Source: an uncultured Sphingobacteriaceae bacterium
GTDB lineage: Bacteria; Bacteroidota; Bacteroidia; Sphingobacteriales; Sphingobacteriaceae
Direction: 5' to 3'
NCBI GenBank assembly: GCA_963696875.1
Contig: CAVOLQ010000005.1
Coordinates: 70,142 to 134,141 of the forward strand
Length of the DNA stretch: 64,000 nt
The notes under the pieces are model-generated. The model was given only the letters and a program-made list of their open reading frames with translations, was not told the origin of the DNA and did no database searches. Of the stretch, positions 1-10,802 are shown one piece after another. The position numbers were made by a program, and so were the translations under genes. Position 1 is the first letter of the stretch. Each line of letters starts with the position of its first letter.

Positions 1-289
1 TGAAAAAGGTCTGATGAATAAATCTCTTATGGATGTAAAGGGAGATATATTATTGATTTCACAATTTACACTGATGGCAAATACTAAGAAAGGAAATCGT
101 CCTTCATTTATTCGAGCTTCAAAACCAGACCAAGCAATCGTTCTATACAAGGAAATGATTGTTAGCTTGGAATACCTACTTGGTAGAAAGGTTGAAACAG
201 GTATTTTCGGTGCAGACATGAAAATAAACCTCACAAATGATGGCCCAGTAACCATCATGATGAATACACAGGATAAGGAGAACTTTTAA
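1..289 (+). CDS. dtd: D-aminoacyl-tRNA deacylase, C-terminal part (5' end lies outside the window)
   Basis: Reading frame is open from position 2. Motifs GDILLISQFTL, GNRPSF and NDGPVTI are typical of Dtd. Confidence 0.85.
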   Translation, partial: EKGLMNKSLMDVKGDILLISQFTLMANTKKGNRPSFIRASKPDQAIVLYKEMIVSLEYLLGRKVETGIFGADMKINLTNDGPVTIMMNTQDKENF

Positions 290-618
290 TGACTATCAAA
301 GAAGCACAAAAAAAGGTCGATACATGGATAAACACCCATGGTGTACGCTACTTTAGCGAACTCACAAATACTGCTATGCTGATGGAAGAAGTTGGAGAGG
401 TAGCAAGAATAATGGCTCGAGAATATGGAGACCAGTCTTATAAAAAAGCCGACCGAAAAATCGAATTAGCTGATGAAATGGCTGATGTATTATTTGTCTT
501 AATCTGTTTAGCGAATCAAACAGGGATCGATTTATCAGAAGCGCTGGAGAAAAACTTAGAAAAGAAAACCAACAGAGATTCAGAAAGACATCTTAACAAC
601 CCAAAATTGAAACCCTAG
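289..618 (+). CDS. MazG-like nucleotide pyrophosphohydrolase (small all-alpha NTP-PPase)
   Basis: 109 aa. EEVGEV...ELADEMADVLFVLICLAN matches the MazG/YpjD-type EExxE...D motifs. Start overlaps the dtd stop. Confidence 0.75.
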   Translation: MTIKEAQKKVDTWINTHGVRYFSELTNTAMLMEEVGEVARIMAREYGDQSYKKADRKIELADEMADVLFVLICLANQTGIDLSEALEKNLEKKTNRDSERHLNNPKLKP

Positions 619-619
619 C

Positions 620-1342
620 TTAATAGTCTAAGTTAACCAGCTTGTCTCCAACCAAAATAGGAATATCAGAAATAATATCAATTTGTAAACAGAAAGCGAT
701 GTCTCCATCAATATTCAAATTTTTTAATCGCTTGGCATGGGAAGACTTTAGTAGATAACCTGCCAAATCTTCTTTAGCAATTTTATAGAGATCTTCTGCC
801 GCCATTGCTCCATCATCTAAACAGACCCCATTTCCATTTAACTTTTCAGCTACTGCTCCCGCAAAAAGTGTGTCTTCTAAACTGAATTGATTTTTCCAGC
901 CTGCACAAAGCAAAACGATGTCCTCTGTTTGTTCTTGAAGCCACGTACATACGGCATCCAGATTTAAAAAGGATCCAACAATTATTTTTGAAGCGTGAAC
1001 CGACTCCTTTATGGCTTTAGTTCCATTCGTTGTCGTAAGCACAATTGTTTTCCCTTTTACACGCTCTTCTGTATATGAAAATGGGGAATTACCGAACTCA
1101 AAGCCTTCAACTACAGCTCCATTCCTTTCTGCAGCCAAAGAAAAGCCAGCGCTTTTATAACTAAGGCATTCTTCAACTTCTGAAACGGGGATAATAGCTT
1201 CTGCTCCATTTGCAATACCATAGCAAATGGAGGTAGATGCTCTAAAAATATCAATAACAACAACAATGCTGTTTTTTAATATATAGCTCGGCAAAAGTGC
1301 CGGACTCAAACAAACGCTTAAGTTTCTTATCTCAGAATTCAA
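620..1342 (-). CDS. comB: 2-phosphosulfolactate phosphatase (ComB) family protein
   Basis: 240 aa. VVVIDIFRASTSI and ERNG..VEGFEFGNSP are ComB family signatures. Confidence 0.72.
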   Translation of the reverse strand: MNSEIRNLSVCLSPALLPSYILKNSIVVVIDIFRASTSICYGIANGAEAIIPVSEVEECLSYKSAGFSLAAERNGAVVEGFEFGNSPFSYTEERVKGKTIVLTTTNGTKAIKESVHASKIIVGSFLNLDAVCTWLQEQTEDIVLLCAGWKNQFSLEDTLFAGAVAEKLNGNGVCLDDGAMAAEDLYKIAKEDLAGYLLKSSHAKRLKNLNIDGDIAFCLQIDIISDIPILVGDKLVNLDY

Positions 1343-1350
1343 AGGTCTAT

Positions 1351-2436
1351 CTATTTAATGAAAGGAGGTTTAACAACACTTGCTTTCACCGGTTTATTTC
1401 GGATATTAACAAAGATTTCGGTGTCTTCTTTAGCATTGGCTAGATCAACATAACCTAAACCAATTGATTTCTGAAGACTTGGAGATTGGGTTCCAGAGGT
1501 AACACGGCCAATAACCTTTCCCTCGGCATCTAACAATTCATATCCGTTCCGAGCAATTCCACGATCAATCACCTCAAACCCAATCAGCTTATTCTTTAAG
1601 CCAGCTTCTTTCTCTGCTTTAAGTCGATCTGAATTAACAAATTCCTTCGTGAATTTAGTCACCCAACCAAGACCGGCTTCAAATGGAGAGGTTGAATCGT
1701 CAATATCGTTTCCATATAAACAAAATCCCATTTCTAAGCGAAGAGTATCTCTAGCGCCTAGACCAACTGGCTTAATGTCAAACTCTTCTCCGGCTTTGAA
1801 AATTGCATCCCAAATGGTTTTTGCGTGATCATTATCAAAATACACTTCAAAGCCTCCTGCACCGGTATACCCTGTAGCAGATACCAGTACATTATCAACG
1901 CCAGCGAAAACACCCTTTTTGAATGTATAATAATCCATGCTAGACAAATCCATATCGGTCAGCTTCTGAAGAACTTTCGTAGAATTAGGTCCTTGGACAG
2001 CCAGTAAGGAAGTACGGTCAGAGATATCAATCATCTCGACTCCTTCGGTATTAAACTTAGAGATCCAGTTCCAATCTTTCTCAATATTTGAAGCATTGGG
2101 AACCAACATATAGGTTTTCTCATCAATTCTATAAATCAATAAGTCATCAACAATCCCCCCTTCTTCATTAGGAAGATAGGCATATTGGATTTTGCCATCG
2201 AACAATTTACTTGCATCATTGGAACTGACCCTTTGAATCAAATCTAACGCTTTATCCCCTTTAAGGATAAACTCACCCATATGACTGACATCGAAAACGC
2301 CGACACTGTTGCGTACAGCCTCGTGTTCGGCATTAATTCCTGTATATTGAACTGGCATATTAAAACCTGCGAAAGGGACCATCTTAGCCCCCAATGCTAT
2401 GTGTAAATCCGTTAATGCTGTTTTTTTAATCATCAT
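1351..2436 (-). CDS. gcvT: Glycine cleavage system aminomethyltransferase T
   Basis: 361 aa. [19 protein letters not shown] and [11 protein letters not shown] motifs. Full-length GcvT architecture. Confidence 0.93.
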   Translation of the reverse strand: MMIKKTALTDLHIALGAKMVPFAGFNMPVQYTGINAEHEAVRNSVGVFDVSHMGEFILKGDKALDLIQRVSSNDASKLFDGKIQYAYLPNEEGGIVDDLLIYRIDEKTYMLVPNASNIEKDWNWISKFNTEGVEMIDISDRTSLLAVQGPNSTKVLQKLTDMDLSSMDYYTFKKGVFAGVDNVLVSATGYTGAGGFEVYFDNDHAKTIWDAIFKAGEEFDIKPVGLGARDTLRLEMGFCLYGNDIDDSTSPFEAGLGWVTKFTKEFVNSDRLKAEKEAGLKNKLIGFEVIDRGIARNGYELLDAEGKVIGRVTSGTQSPSLQKSIGLGYVDLANAKEDTEIFVNIRNKPVKASVVKPPFIK

Positions 2437-2494
2437 TTATGAATATTAGATTTAATCAAAAATAAGTAAAAATAGAGAGTAGAAACCCTCTTGT

Positions 2495-3091
2495 TTATAA
2501 GATCTCAATTTCAAAGATATTTCTTGTAAATGTCTTTCTGTGATGATGGCAAACACCGTGATGTTGAAGCGCTTTCCGATGCCCTTGAGTTGCATAGCCT
2601 TTATTGTTTTTCCAACCATATTGTGGAAAGTCAAAAGCTAGTTGCTCCATATATTCATCTCTGTAAGTCTTTGCCAAAATCGAAGCTGCAGCAATCGAAA
2701 GGTATTTCCCATCCCCTTGGACAATACATTGGTGGGGAATAGTCTTATATGCATTGAAACGATTTCCATCGATAAGGAGAAATTCCGCCTGAATCGTCAG
2801 CAAATCTAAGGCCCTGTGCATTGCTAAAAAAGAAGCATTCAAGATGTTAATTTCATCTATCTCTTCAACAGTTGCTTGTCCCACAGCATAGCATATTGCT
2901 TCCTTTTCAATAAGCTCACGCATTTCATAACGTACTTCCGCGGTCAATTTTTTTGAATCGTTTAAGCGCTCGTTCTTAAAATCACGAGGAAATATTACCG
3001 CCGCAGCGAAAACAGGTCCGGCCAGACAACCCCTTCCTGTTTCATCACAACCGGCCTCGATATATTGATCCTGAAAATATGATAATAACAT
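2495..3091 (-). CDS. rnhB: Ribonuclease HII
   Basis: [14 protein letters not shown] active-site motif. The ATG at 3091 overlaps the polA stop (TAATG). The longer TTG start at 3109 is less likely. Confidence 0.9.
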   Translation of the reverse strand: MLLSYFQDQYIEAGCDETGRGCLAGPVFAAAVIFPRDFKNERLNDSKKLTAEVRYEMRELIEKEAICYAVGQATVEEIDEINILNASFLAMHRALDLLTIQAEFLLIDGNRFNAYKTIPHQCIVQGDGKYLSIAAASILAKTYRDEYMEQLAFDFPQYGWKNNKGYATQGHRKALQHHGVCHHHRKTFTRNIFEIEIL

Positions 3092-5911
3092 TAATGCGCC
3101 TCCAACCAATTTGATCCAACACCAACCTCAACAACTATAGGTATTTCCGTAAGCATTGCATTTTTCATCCTCTCATGAATTATTTCTTTAAAAACTTCAA
3201 ACTCTTCGTCTGGGACATCAAAAATCAATTCATCATGCACTTGAGTAGTCATTCGCCCTTTCAAGCCACGTTGAATAATATCTTCGTGTATACGAATCAT
3301 TGCAATCTTTATCATTTCCGCAGCAGTACCCTGAATAGGCGCGTTAATCGCATTTCGTTCTGCAAAACCCCTAATAGTAGCATTTGCAGAATTGATATCT
3401 CTTAAATACCTCCGCCTCTTTAATAAGGTTTCAACATATCCCTTTTCTCTGGCAAATTGGATTGTATTATCCATATACTCCTTTATGCCCGGATATTGTA
3501 TAAAATACTGCTCTATAATATCTGCAGCCTCGCGCCTGGGAATCCCTAAAGTTTGAGACAAACCATAAGCCGATTGGCCATATATAATACCAAAGTTTAC
3601 CGCTTTCGCATTTCGTCTCATATCAGAACTCACCTCATCCAACGGAATTCCATATACTCGTGCTGCCGTCGCAGTATGAATATCTAAGCCTTGCATAAAC
3701 GCTTCTCGCATAGCAGGGTCTTTACTAATTTCGGCAACCAAACGAAGCTCAATCTGCGAATAATCCGCAGAAATAAGGCTATACCCCTCTTTCCTAGGAA
3801 TAAATGCTTTCCTAACTTCACGCCCACGCTCAGTTTTAATAGGGATATTTTGAAGATTAGGATTCGTCGAACTCAATCGACCTGTAGTAGCAACAGCCTG
3901 ATTAAAGCTCGTATGAACCAGCTTAGAAACAGGGTGAATCAATTCAGGAAGAGCATCTACATAAGTAGATTTCAATTTTCTTAATTGCCTGTGGTTAAGA
4001 ATATCCTGTACAATATCGCTTTTAGAAGCCAAGGCAAGTAAAACATCCTCTCCAGTTTGGTATTGACCGGTTTTCGTCTTTTTAGCTTTAGGATCGAGTT
4101 GAAGCTTATCAAATAATACCTCGCCCAACTGCTTTGGAGATGCAATATTGAACTTGACGCCCGCTTTTTCATAAATAGCCTTTTCTGCTTCCAATATCTC
4201 TACCTCTAACTTAACCGAATATTCTTGTAAAAAAGGAACATCAATAAAAACCCCTTCCCGTTCCATACCAGCAAGCACATATACAAGCGGGAACTCGACT
4301 TTTTGTGCAAGGTCATGTGCCTCATGCTCCTTCAAAAGAGGTCTGAACACTTCACTTAACTGAAAGGTAATATCAGCATCTTCACATGCGTACTCACTGA
4401 CGACCTCTACTGGAACATCACGCATATTACCTTGTTTTTTGCCTTTTTTCCCAATCAAATCTGTAATTGGCATACAAGTATACCCGAGGTAGTTTTCAGC
4501 TAAAACATCCATGTTGTGCCTAGAGTCAGCATCGATAAGATAATGTGCTATCATCGTATCAAAAAGATCGCCTTTTACCTCTATATCATGCCAAGCCAAC
4601 ACAAGAATATCATATTTAATATTCTGACCGATCTTTTCAATGTTCTCATTTTCAAAAACAGGCTTAAATTTATTCAAAACCTCCATGCAAAGTGTTCGAT
4701 CTGCATCCAATGGAACATACCAAGCCTTACCTGCCTTAAAAGAGAAAGACATTCCTACCAGATCTGAATCATGGGGATCGAGACCTGTAGTCTCTGTATC
4801 AAAAGCAAAAGAAGATTGTGCACTTAATAATTTTACCAACTCCTCTACCTTTCCAGGGGTATCTGCTATTCGATAATCATGTTCCGTATTTGTAATGTTT
4901 TTTCCCAAAGTAATTGGCTGAGCCGCTTCAAGATCAGTGGAGGTAACTTCAGCAGGAACATTAAACATATCCATTTGTCCGCCTTCCACTGCTTTGGATT
5001 CATTTACATTAAATTCATCTCCAAAAACACGGCGACCCAATGTTCTAAACTCAAGCTCAGCAAATAAAGGCTCTAAAACTTCCTTATCAGGTTCTTCAAG
5101 TATTAAAACTTCTAAATTTAGGTCGATGGGTACATCAAGGATGATAGTAGCAAGCTTTTTAGAAACCAAACCCTGTTCGGCAAAAGTCTCCACATTCTCA
5201 CGTTGCTTCCCTTTCAGCTCATAACTATGAGCAATAATGTTTTCAACACTACCATATTCCTTAATCAATTTTTTAGCGGTTTTCTCACCAATTCCGGGGA
5301 TTCCAGGAATATTATCAACCGCATCGCCCCATAAAGCTAAAATATCTATTACCTGATCAATTTGTTCTACTTCCCACTTTTGCCAAAACTTCCTTCACAC
5401 CAATTACCTCTGCGCCATTACCCATTCGGGCTGGTTTGTAGATTAAAATGTTCTCGGAAACCAATTGTGCAAAATCCTTATCAGGTGTCATGCAATAGGT
5501 TATAAATCCTTGGCTCTCCGCTTTTTTGGCTAGAGTACCAATAATATCATCGGCCTCATAACCGTCCATCGTAATGACAGGAATATTAAAGCCTTCAATG
5601 AGTCGGAAAATATAAGGAATCGCCGCTGATAAATCCTCAGGCATCGACTCCCTATGCGCCTTATAAGCCTCAAATTCTATATGCCTAATCGTTGGAGCAT
5701 CTGTATCAAAAACAACCGCAATATGGCTAGGGTTTTCTTTACGTAAAACCTCCAAAAGTGTATTCGTAAAACCCATAATAGCGGAGGTATTAATTCCACT
5801 AGAGGTAAACCGAGGGTTTTTACTTAATGCGAAATAAGCACGATAAATCAATGCCATTCCGTCTAATAAAAAGAGTTTTTTCACGTTTATATTATTTGTA
5901 GTCTTTATCAA
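3091..5911 (-). pseudogene. polA: DNA polymerase I, interrupted by one +1 nt frameshift near 5377 (ORFs 5357..5911 and 3091..5268)
   Basis: The N-terminal 5'-nuclease ORF ends ...GVKEVLAKVGSRTN*. Shifting one base after AAA at about 5377 reads [43 protein letters not shown], which runs into the 725-aa 3'-5' exonuclease/polymerase ORF (motifs DYSQIELR, QVHDEL). Confidence 0.85.
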
Positions 5912-5937
5912 TGAGAGGATGTCTCTCTAATAAAAAA

Positions 5938-6357
5938 CTATTCTTCACCTTCGAAAGGATCAATTCCTGTATTTCTCTTTCCTGCCTCTAAAATCGGCAA
6001 ATTGCCTTCCGTTGGAATGTAAATAACTGTTTTATCATTTAAAGTACTTTGTTGCCTTACCCATAAGTATTGAATATATTTAGAAGTAAGGCTGCCATTT
6101 TCAATTTTAATAGCCTGAGCTGCACCTTTAGCTCGTTCTACTTCAGCTTCGGCATTTAACTTCTCCGCTTCAAGATTGGCTCGAGCTTCTTCAATGCGAA
6201 TTCGACGATTTTGCTCGGCCTTTGCAAATTCCGCTTTTCCTTCCATCTCTTGCTGCCAAACCCTATACGTGGGGCAACCCCAAAGACCAAAAACTATAAA
6301 AGCCAAAAAAAACCAAGCTACCAGAGTACCTAAAAATACCGGAGAAGATGTTTTCAT
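5938..6357 (-). CDS. Hypothetical small membrane-anchored coiled-coil protein
   Basis: 139 aa. N-terminal TM segment (FLGTLVAWFFLAFIVFGLWG) followed by a charged, Ala/Glu-rich helical region. No confident family assignment. Confidence 0.4.
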   Translation of the reverse strand: MKTSSPVFLGTLVAWFFLAFIVFGLWGCPTYRVWQQEMEGKAEFAKAEQNRRIRIEEARANLEAEKLNAEAEVERAKGAAQAIKIENGSLTSKYIQYLWVRQQSTLNDKTVIYIPTEGNLPILEAGKRNTGIDPFEGEE

Positions 6358-6368
6358 AAATATTAAAT

Positions 6369-7661
6369 TTAATAGCTTTTAATATAATTCATCAAATCGA
6401 AGCCGATGTCAGTCCTAAAATAGCGCCCTTGATAGAAAATTCTACCAGCATCAGCAGTAGCTTGCTGTAAGGCCCCAAAAAGAGTATCCTCCAAGGCAGT
6501 AACTGCTAACACTCGGCCGCCATTTGTCTTAATGTCTTCACCTTCTTGTATCGTCCCAGCTTGAAAGATCATCGACTCTTTAACGTTTTCTATTCCTGTT
6601 ATCGCCTTACCTTTTTCATAATCTCCCGGATATCCACCTGATACCAACATAACAGTAGCAGCGGTCTTTGTGGAGATAGAAAAGCTCTTCTCATGAAGAT
6701 TACCATCGGCAACTCCCATTAAAAGATCTACCAAATCACTCTCAATACGAGGAACCACACTCTCAGTTTCCGGATCACCCATTCGCACATTATACTCGAT
6801 AAGGTAAGGATTTTCTTCCACATTCATCAGTCCCAAAAATATAAAGCCTTTGTAAGGAATATTTTCTTTCTTCAAGCCTTCCATTGTAGGAATAATGATC
6901 CGTTCCTCCACTTTCTGAAGAAAGGCATCTGTAGCAAATGGCACAGGGGATATTGAACCCATTCCACCGGTATTTAAACCAGTGTCTGAAACTCCTATAC
7001 GTTTATAATCTTTAGCAGAAGGAAGTATTTTATATGATTCGCCATCCGTCAGTACAAATACGGATAATTCTATGCCGCTTAAAAACTCCTCTACAACGAC
7101 TGTATTACCTGCATCACCGAACTTAGATTCAGTGAGCATAGCAATGAGTTCTTTTTTAGCTTCTTGGCTGCTCGTACATATTAAAACACCTTTACCGGCT
7201 GCCAAGCCATCAGCCTTTAAAACAATAGGAAGAAAATGGCGATCTAAATAATCAAGCCCTTCCTGCAAGGTTTCTTTAGTAAAGGTCTTTGACGAGGCTG
7301 TAGGAATTTGATGCCTCTGCATAAATTGCTTAGAAAAATCTTTACTCCCCTCTAACAAAGCTCCAGCCTTTTGCGGTCCGATAATAGCAATATTCCGCAG
7401 GTCATCACGCGAAAGAAAATAATCGTGGATCCCTTTTACCAACGGCTCTTCTGGTCCAACAACAATTAATGCGATGGAATTTTCTACGGCAAATTGTGCA
7501 ACCCTTTCAAAATCCAATATGCTTAATTCTATATTTTCACCATATTGGGCTGTTCCTGCATTACCGGGTGCAATGTAAAGTTTTTCAGTGTGTTGGCTTT
7601 GAGAAATCTTCCATGCAAACGCACTTTCTCTTCCTCCTGATCCTAAAATTAATATATTCAT
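6369..7661 (-). CDS. purD: Phosphoribosylamine--glycine ligase
   Basis: MNILILGSGGRE start chosen (internal Met of the 447-aa ORF). ATP-grasp motifs and C-terminal GGRVL are typical of PurD. Confidence 0.92.
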   Translation of the reverse strand: MNILILGSGGRESAFAWKISQSQHTEKLYIAPGNAGTAQYGENIELSILDFERVAQFAVENSIALIVVGPEEPLVKGIHDYFLSRDDLRNIAIIGPQKAGALLEGSKDFSKQFMQRHQIPTASSKTFTKETLQEGLDYLDRHFLPIVLKADGLAAGKGVLICTSSQEAKKELIAMLTESKFGDAGNTVVVEEFLSGIELSVFVLTDGESYKILPSAKDYKRIGVSDTGLNTGGMGSISPVPFATDAFLQKVEERIIIPTMEGLKKENIPYKGFIFLGLMNVEENPYLIEYNVRMGDPETESVVPRIESDLVDLLMGVADGNLHEKSFSISTKTAATVMLVSGGYPGDYEKGKAITGIENVKESMIFQAGTIQEGEDIKTNGGRVLAVTALEDTLFGALQQATADAGRIFYQGRYFRTDIGFDLMNYIKSY

Positions 7662-7867
7662 CTTTCTATTATGGTCATTTTCAAAATAAATAAATTTGCT
7701 TATAATTGGCAATCAAATTTATTCATTTGTGTTTATTTATGAAGGCACTCAATGATGCTTCGCAATTATCATTCTCTCCTCAGCCTTAAGATTTTCTAAA
7801 AGAGGAAATATTCACAAAGATAAAATTTTTAAATAGACTTATCGTGATTAATCCCCATCTTTGCACA

Positions 7868-8575
7868 ATGGCTTCAGGCACTCTCTTTTTAATCCCCGTT
7901 CCCTTAGCGGCAAATGCTACTGGAGCCTCCTTCACCCCTTATTTAGTTGATACCATCAACCAAATAAATGAATACATTGTAGAAAACGAAAAAACCGCAA
8001 GGCGCTTCTTAAAGGAAGCGGGTTTGCGTACACCACAAAGCGCGCTGACTATCCACGATTATGGGAAGCATTCTAGGGACAAAGCAACGCTAAAGGAGTT
8101 CTTTATAGGATTAATGAGTGGAAAAAATGTTGGACTAATGAGCGAAGCAGGTTGCCCGGGCATTGCAGATCCGGGTGCTGATATCGTTGCAGAAGCACAC
8201 AAACGTGGAATAAAAGTAGTTCCTTTAGTCGGACCAAGTTCCATTATTTTAGCCTTAATGGCTTCGGGGTTTAGTGGACAAAGCTTCGCTTTTCACGGAT
8301 ACCTACCCATTGACAAAGTAGCCCGAAGTGTACAAATAAAGGCTTTAGAGAAAACCGCTAAAACCAAAAAGCAAACACAAATCTTTATTGAAACACCTTT
8401 CCGAAACAACCCTGTTTTAGAAGAAATATTAAGAAGCTGTACAGATGAAACTTTTCTATGCGTGGCCTGCAACCTAACCGGAGAAGATGAATTGATCATC
8501 AGTGAACCTATCCGATCATGGAAAAAAAGAAAAATTGACTTGCATAAAAAGCCCGCTATATTCTTATTGTTTTAA
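7868..8575 (+). CDS. SAM-dependent methyltransferase, tetrapyrrole-methylase (TP_methylase) fold, RsmI-related
   Basis: GTLFLIPVPL N-terminus. SEAGCPGIADPG and GPSSIILALMASG motifs. ATG at 7868 preferred over GTG at 7844. Confidence 0.7.
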   Translation: MASGTLFLIPVPLAANATGASFTPYLVDTINQINEYIVENEKTARRFLKEAGLRTPQSALTIHDYGKHSRDKATLKEFFIGLMSGKNVGLMSEAGCPGIADPGADIVAEAHKRGIKVVPLVGPSSIILALMASGFSGQSFAFHGYLPIDKVARSVQIKALEKTAKTKKQTQIFIETPFRNNPVLEEILRSCTDETFLCVACNLTGEDELIISEPIRSWKKRKIDLHKKPAIFLLF

Positions 8576-8705
8576 AATAGGGCACTCGTTGAAATTACAT
8601 CATCTACATAAGCATTTAACCCAAAAGGCTTAATTATACTTTCAGCACTTAAATATTTCTGAGTATCCTTTCTCTGATCACAGGGCATAGAATCATATAA
8701 GAAAG

Positions 8706-10346
8706 CTATTTCAACTGAATCTCGACTACGCCATTAACACTCTTATTACCATAGATCTTAGTCGCGCTTTCTCCTTTGTACACAGTAATAGATTTGATGT
8801 GGTTCGGGTCGATATTGTTAAATTCTGAGGGATTTAACTCTTTTCCGTTTATCAGATAAAGAGGTCTGGATTTAGCATCTGAAGGATTAAATAAAATCTG
8901 AACATCCTCCGTGGGATTTCTCTTGATAGTAGTTGCAGACGGTTCAACATTACGTTTTACTATAAGTGTTCCAGTTTCTGTAGTCATAGTCACGCTATCT
9001 TTTGTGCCGGTCGCAGGCTTTTTTTCTGCGGTTATGACACCTGTTCTCTCTCTTACTGCCAATGAACGAGCCGATTGCGTTACCTTAGTGCTATCTCCAC
9101 CTGCTTTTTTGATTATTCTCTTTAAAGTAACTTTTTCCTTTTCCACTGCAGTTTTATCTACCTTTTTCGTAGTGAGTATTATGACTCCATCTTTCGCTTT
9201 ATCTCCATAAAGTGAAGTCGCTTCTTTCCCTTTTACTATGGTCATGGATTTTATATCTTTTACGGGAACAGTGGTTTCTAACTCTTTAAAACCCTTATTG
9301 CTTAATTCCCCGTCAATGACAACTAATGGATTCCTTTCAGATAAGCTACTATCTCTGTCGATATCAATATTCGAGATATGCACTCTGGCTTTCGAGCTGC
9401 GGTTGCTGTCTTGGTCCACCAACGTTTTAGATTCATCGGACGACTCTCGAAAGATGACTTCGGTTGATCCATTAGTTTTATAGGCTTTGCTTACCCCGAA
9501 AAGAAAGAGGGAAGAAATAATTAACGGAATTACTAAGAAATATTTTCCCAGTTGTCTTTTTGAAGACTGCTTCTTGTTCATCATATTGATTCTTGACTTC
9601 AGGCTAAGGAAGCTAAATTGATTAGCCAATGGAAGATTTTGTGATTGAATGGCAAAGTGCAACAAGCTGTTTTGGTATGCATGCTGGGCAATCCCTTGTT
9701 GAATTACCTCGTTGTCTGCAATGAATTCAATATTAACCTTAATTGCTTTTTTAATACACCAAGAAAATGGGTTAAACCAGGAGAAGATGCACCAAATTTC
9801 GACTAGTAAAACATCTAAAGAGTGGAGGTTTCTGGTATGCACTTGCTCATGCTTTAAAATGGTATGTAACTCTTCCTCTGTATGCTTTTCAAAATTCAGG
9901 TAAATCTTTGTTAAAAAAGAGAAAGGCGTACTATCTATAGCAAGATTATTGAATGTATAGCCGTTCCAGAATTGTGGGAATGATTTTACATGAGTTCTGT
10001 ACAAACTAAGAAGACTAACTAAAAGCTTAATCCCTCCTAATGCCATGACAATCCAATAAGCGCCTAACAAGATAACCCAAAACATATCATCGGTTCCGTG
10101 ATTCTGAGGCAAGTTCCCCATGCTACCTCCAATGAACACGACATTCTTATATATTACGTCAGGTTGGCTGAAAAAAGACGGAAGCTGCAGAAAAGGAAAA
10201 ATCGCTGAAACGACGATGGAAAGCAATAAGTAAAATCTATTTAATGAATAGAAAGTCAGTTTTTTCAAAAGAAAATAATAGCCTAAATAAAATAGAGATA
10301 AAGCTATATTGACCTTCAATAGGTATAAAAAAATCTCTGGCATCAT
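8706..10346 (-). CDS. M56 family (BlaR1/MecR1-like) membrane metallopeptidase/signal transducer with two C-terminal plug-like repeats
   Basis: Multi-TM N-terminus with HEQVH zinc motif. The C-terminus carries two related modules: IKSMTIVKGKEATSLYGDKAKDGVIILTTKK and IKSITVYKGESATKIYGNKSVNGVVEIQLK. Confidence 0.75.
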   Translation of the reverse strand: MMPEIFLYLLKVNIALSLFYLGYYFLLKKLTFYSLNRFYLLLSIVVSAIFPFLQLPSFFSQPDVIYKNVVFIGGSMGNLPQNHGTDDMFWVILLGAYWIVMALGGIKLLVSLLSLYRTHVKSFPQFWNGYTFNNLAIDSTPFSFLTKIYLNFEKHTEEELHTILKHEQVHTRNLHSLDVLLVEIWCIFSWFNPFSWCIKKAIKVNIEFIADNEVIQQGIAQHAYQNSLLHFAIQSQNLPLANQFSFLSLKSRINMMNKKQSSKRQLGKYFLVIPLIISSLFLFGVSKAYKTNGSTEVIFRESSDESKTLVDQDSNRSSKARVHISNIDIDRDSSLSERNPLVVIDGELSNKGFKELETTVPVKDIKSMTIVKGKEATSLYGDKAKDGVIILTTKKVDKTAVEKEKVTLKRIIKKAGGDSTKVTQSARSLAVRERTGVITAEKKPATGTKDSVTMTTETGTLIVKRNVEPSATTIKRNPTEDVQILFNPSDAKSRPLYLINGKELNPSEFNNIDPNHIKSITVYKGESATKIYGNKSVNGVVEIQLK

Positions 10347-10347
10347 G

Positions 10348-10710
10348 TTATTTTTTAGGGTTCTTAATCATTTTCATAATCTCCTCCAGTTCACTTGGCG
10401 TGATTTTTTCTTCTTTTGCAAAGAAGCTTACTAAATCTTTGTAAGAGTCTTTAAAATAATCACTTACAAAACGATTAATAAAAGTTTTTTTATACTTTTC
10501 TTCGCTGATGAGAATATTGTAGCGATAAGAATTCCCTAACTTCTCCCCTTTGACATACCCTTTCTTTTCTAAGTTCTTCACTGTTGAGGCAAGGGTAGTG
10601 TAAGGTGATTTGGGTTCGGGCATAAGATCTAGAATTTCTTTAATGAATCCGCCATTATTTGCCCAGAGAAGCTGCATGGCTTCTACCTCTTGTTCTGTTA
10701 AGCTTTGCAT
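10348..10710 (-). CDS. BlaI/MecI/CopY family transcriptional repressor
   Basis: 120-aa winged-helix protein immediately upstream of the M56 gene (1-nt gap), the canonical BlaI-BlaR1 arrangement. Confidence 0.8.
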   Translation of the reverse strand: MQSLTEQEVEAMQLLWANNGGFIKEILDLMPEPKSPYTTLASTVKNLEKKGYVKGEKLGNSYRYNILISEEKYKKTFINRFVSDYFKDSYKDLVSFFAKEEKITPSELEEIMKMIKNPKK

Positions 10711-10802
10711 AGTTACGATTTTAACATAAATCTACGAACCATTCGTAATGAACGCAACTATTTATTGAGTTATATTTTAACAGAAAAAATTGATAGCGCT
10801 AA

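Noticed and set aside
2452-2742. ORFs 2452..2634 (-) and 2530..2742 (+) around the 3' end of rnhB
   Set aside because: They overlap RNase HII out of frame or antisense. The rnhB frame carries the conserved motifs.
3175-5224. Seven plus-strand ORFs of 62-97 aa inside polA (for example 3175..3405, 3691..3984, 4516..4767, 4937..5224). The minus-strand ORF 3981..4172 lies out of frame within polA and is rejected on the same grounds.
   Set aside because: The plus-strand ORFs are antisense to the DNA polymerase I coding sequence. They are typical long shadow ORFs in low-GC DNA, with Ser/Phe/Ile-rich nonsense composition.
7662-7712. N-terminal extensions of several ORFs from the track (purD 7662-7712, yicC 12838-12915, enoyl-CoA isomerase 39913-39933, ATL 39913-39984, tag 40280-40306, Rrf2 41502-41525, 29531-29578)
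   Set aside because: The extensions use non-ATG starts or add non-conserved residues ahead of the family's canonical N-terminus. In one case the extension overlaps a terminator hairpin. Internal ATG starts fit the conserved N-termini better.
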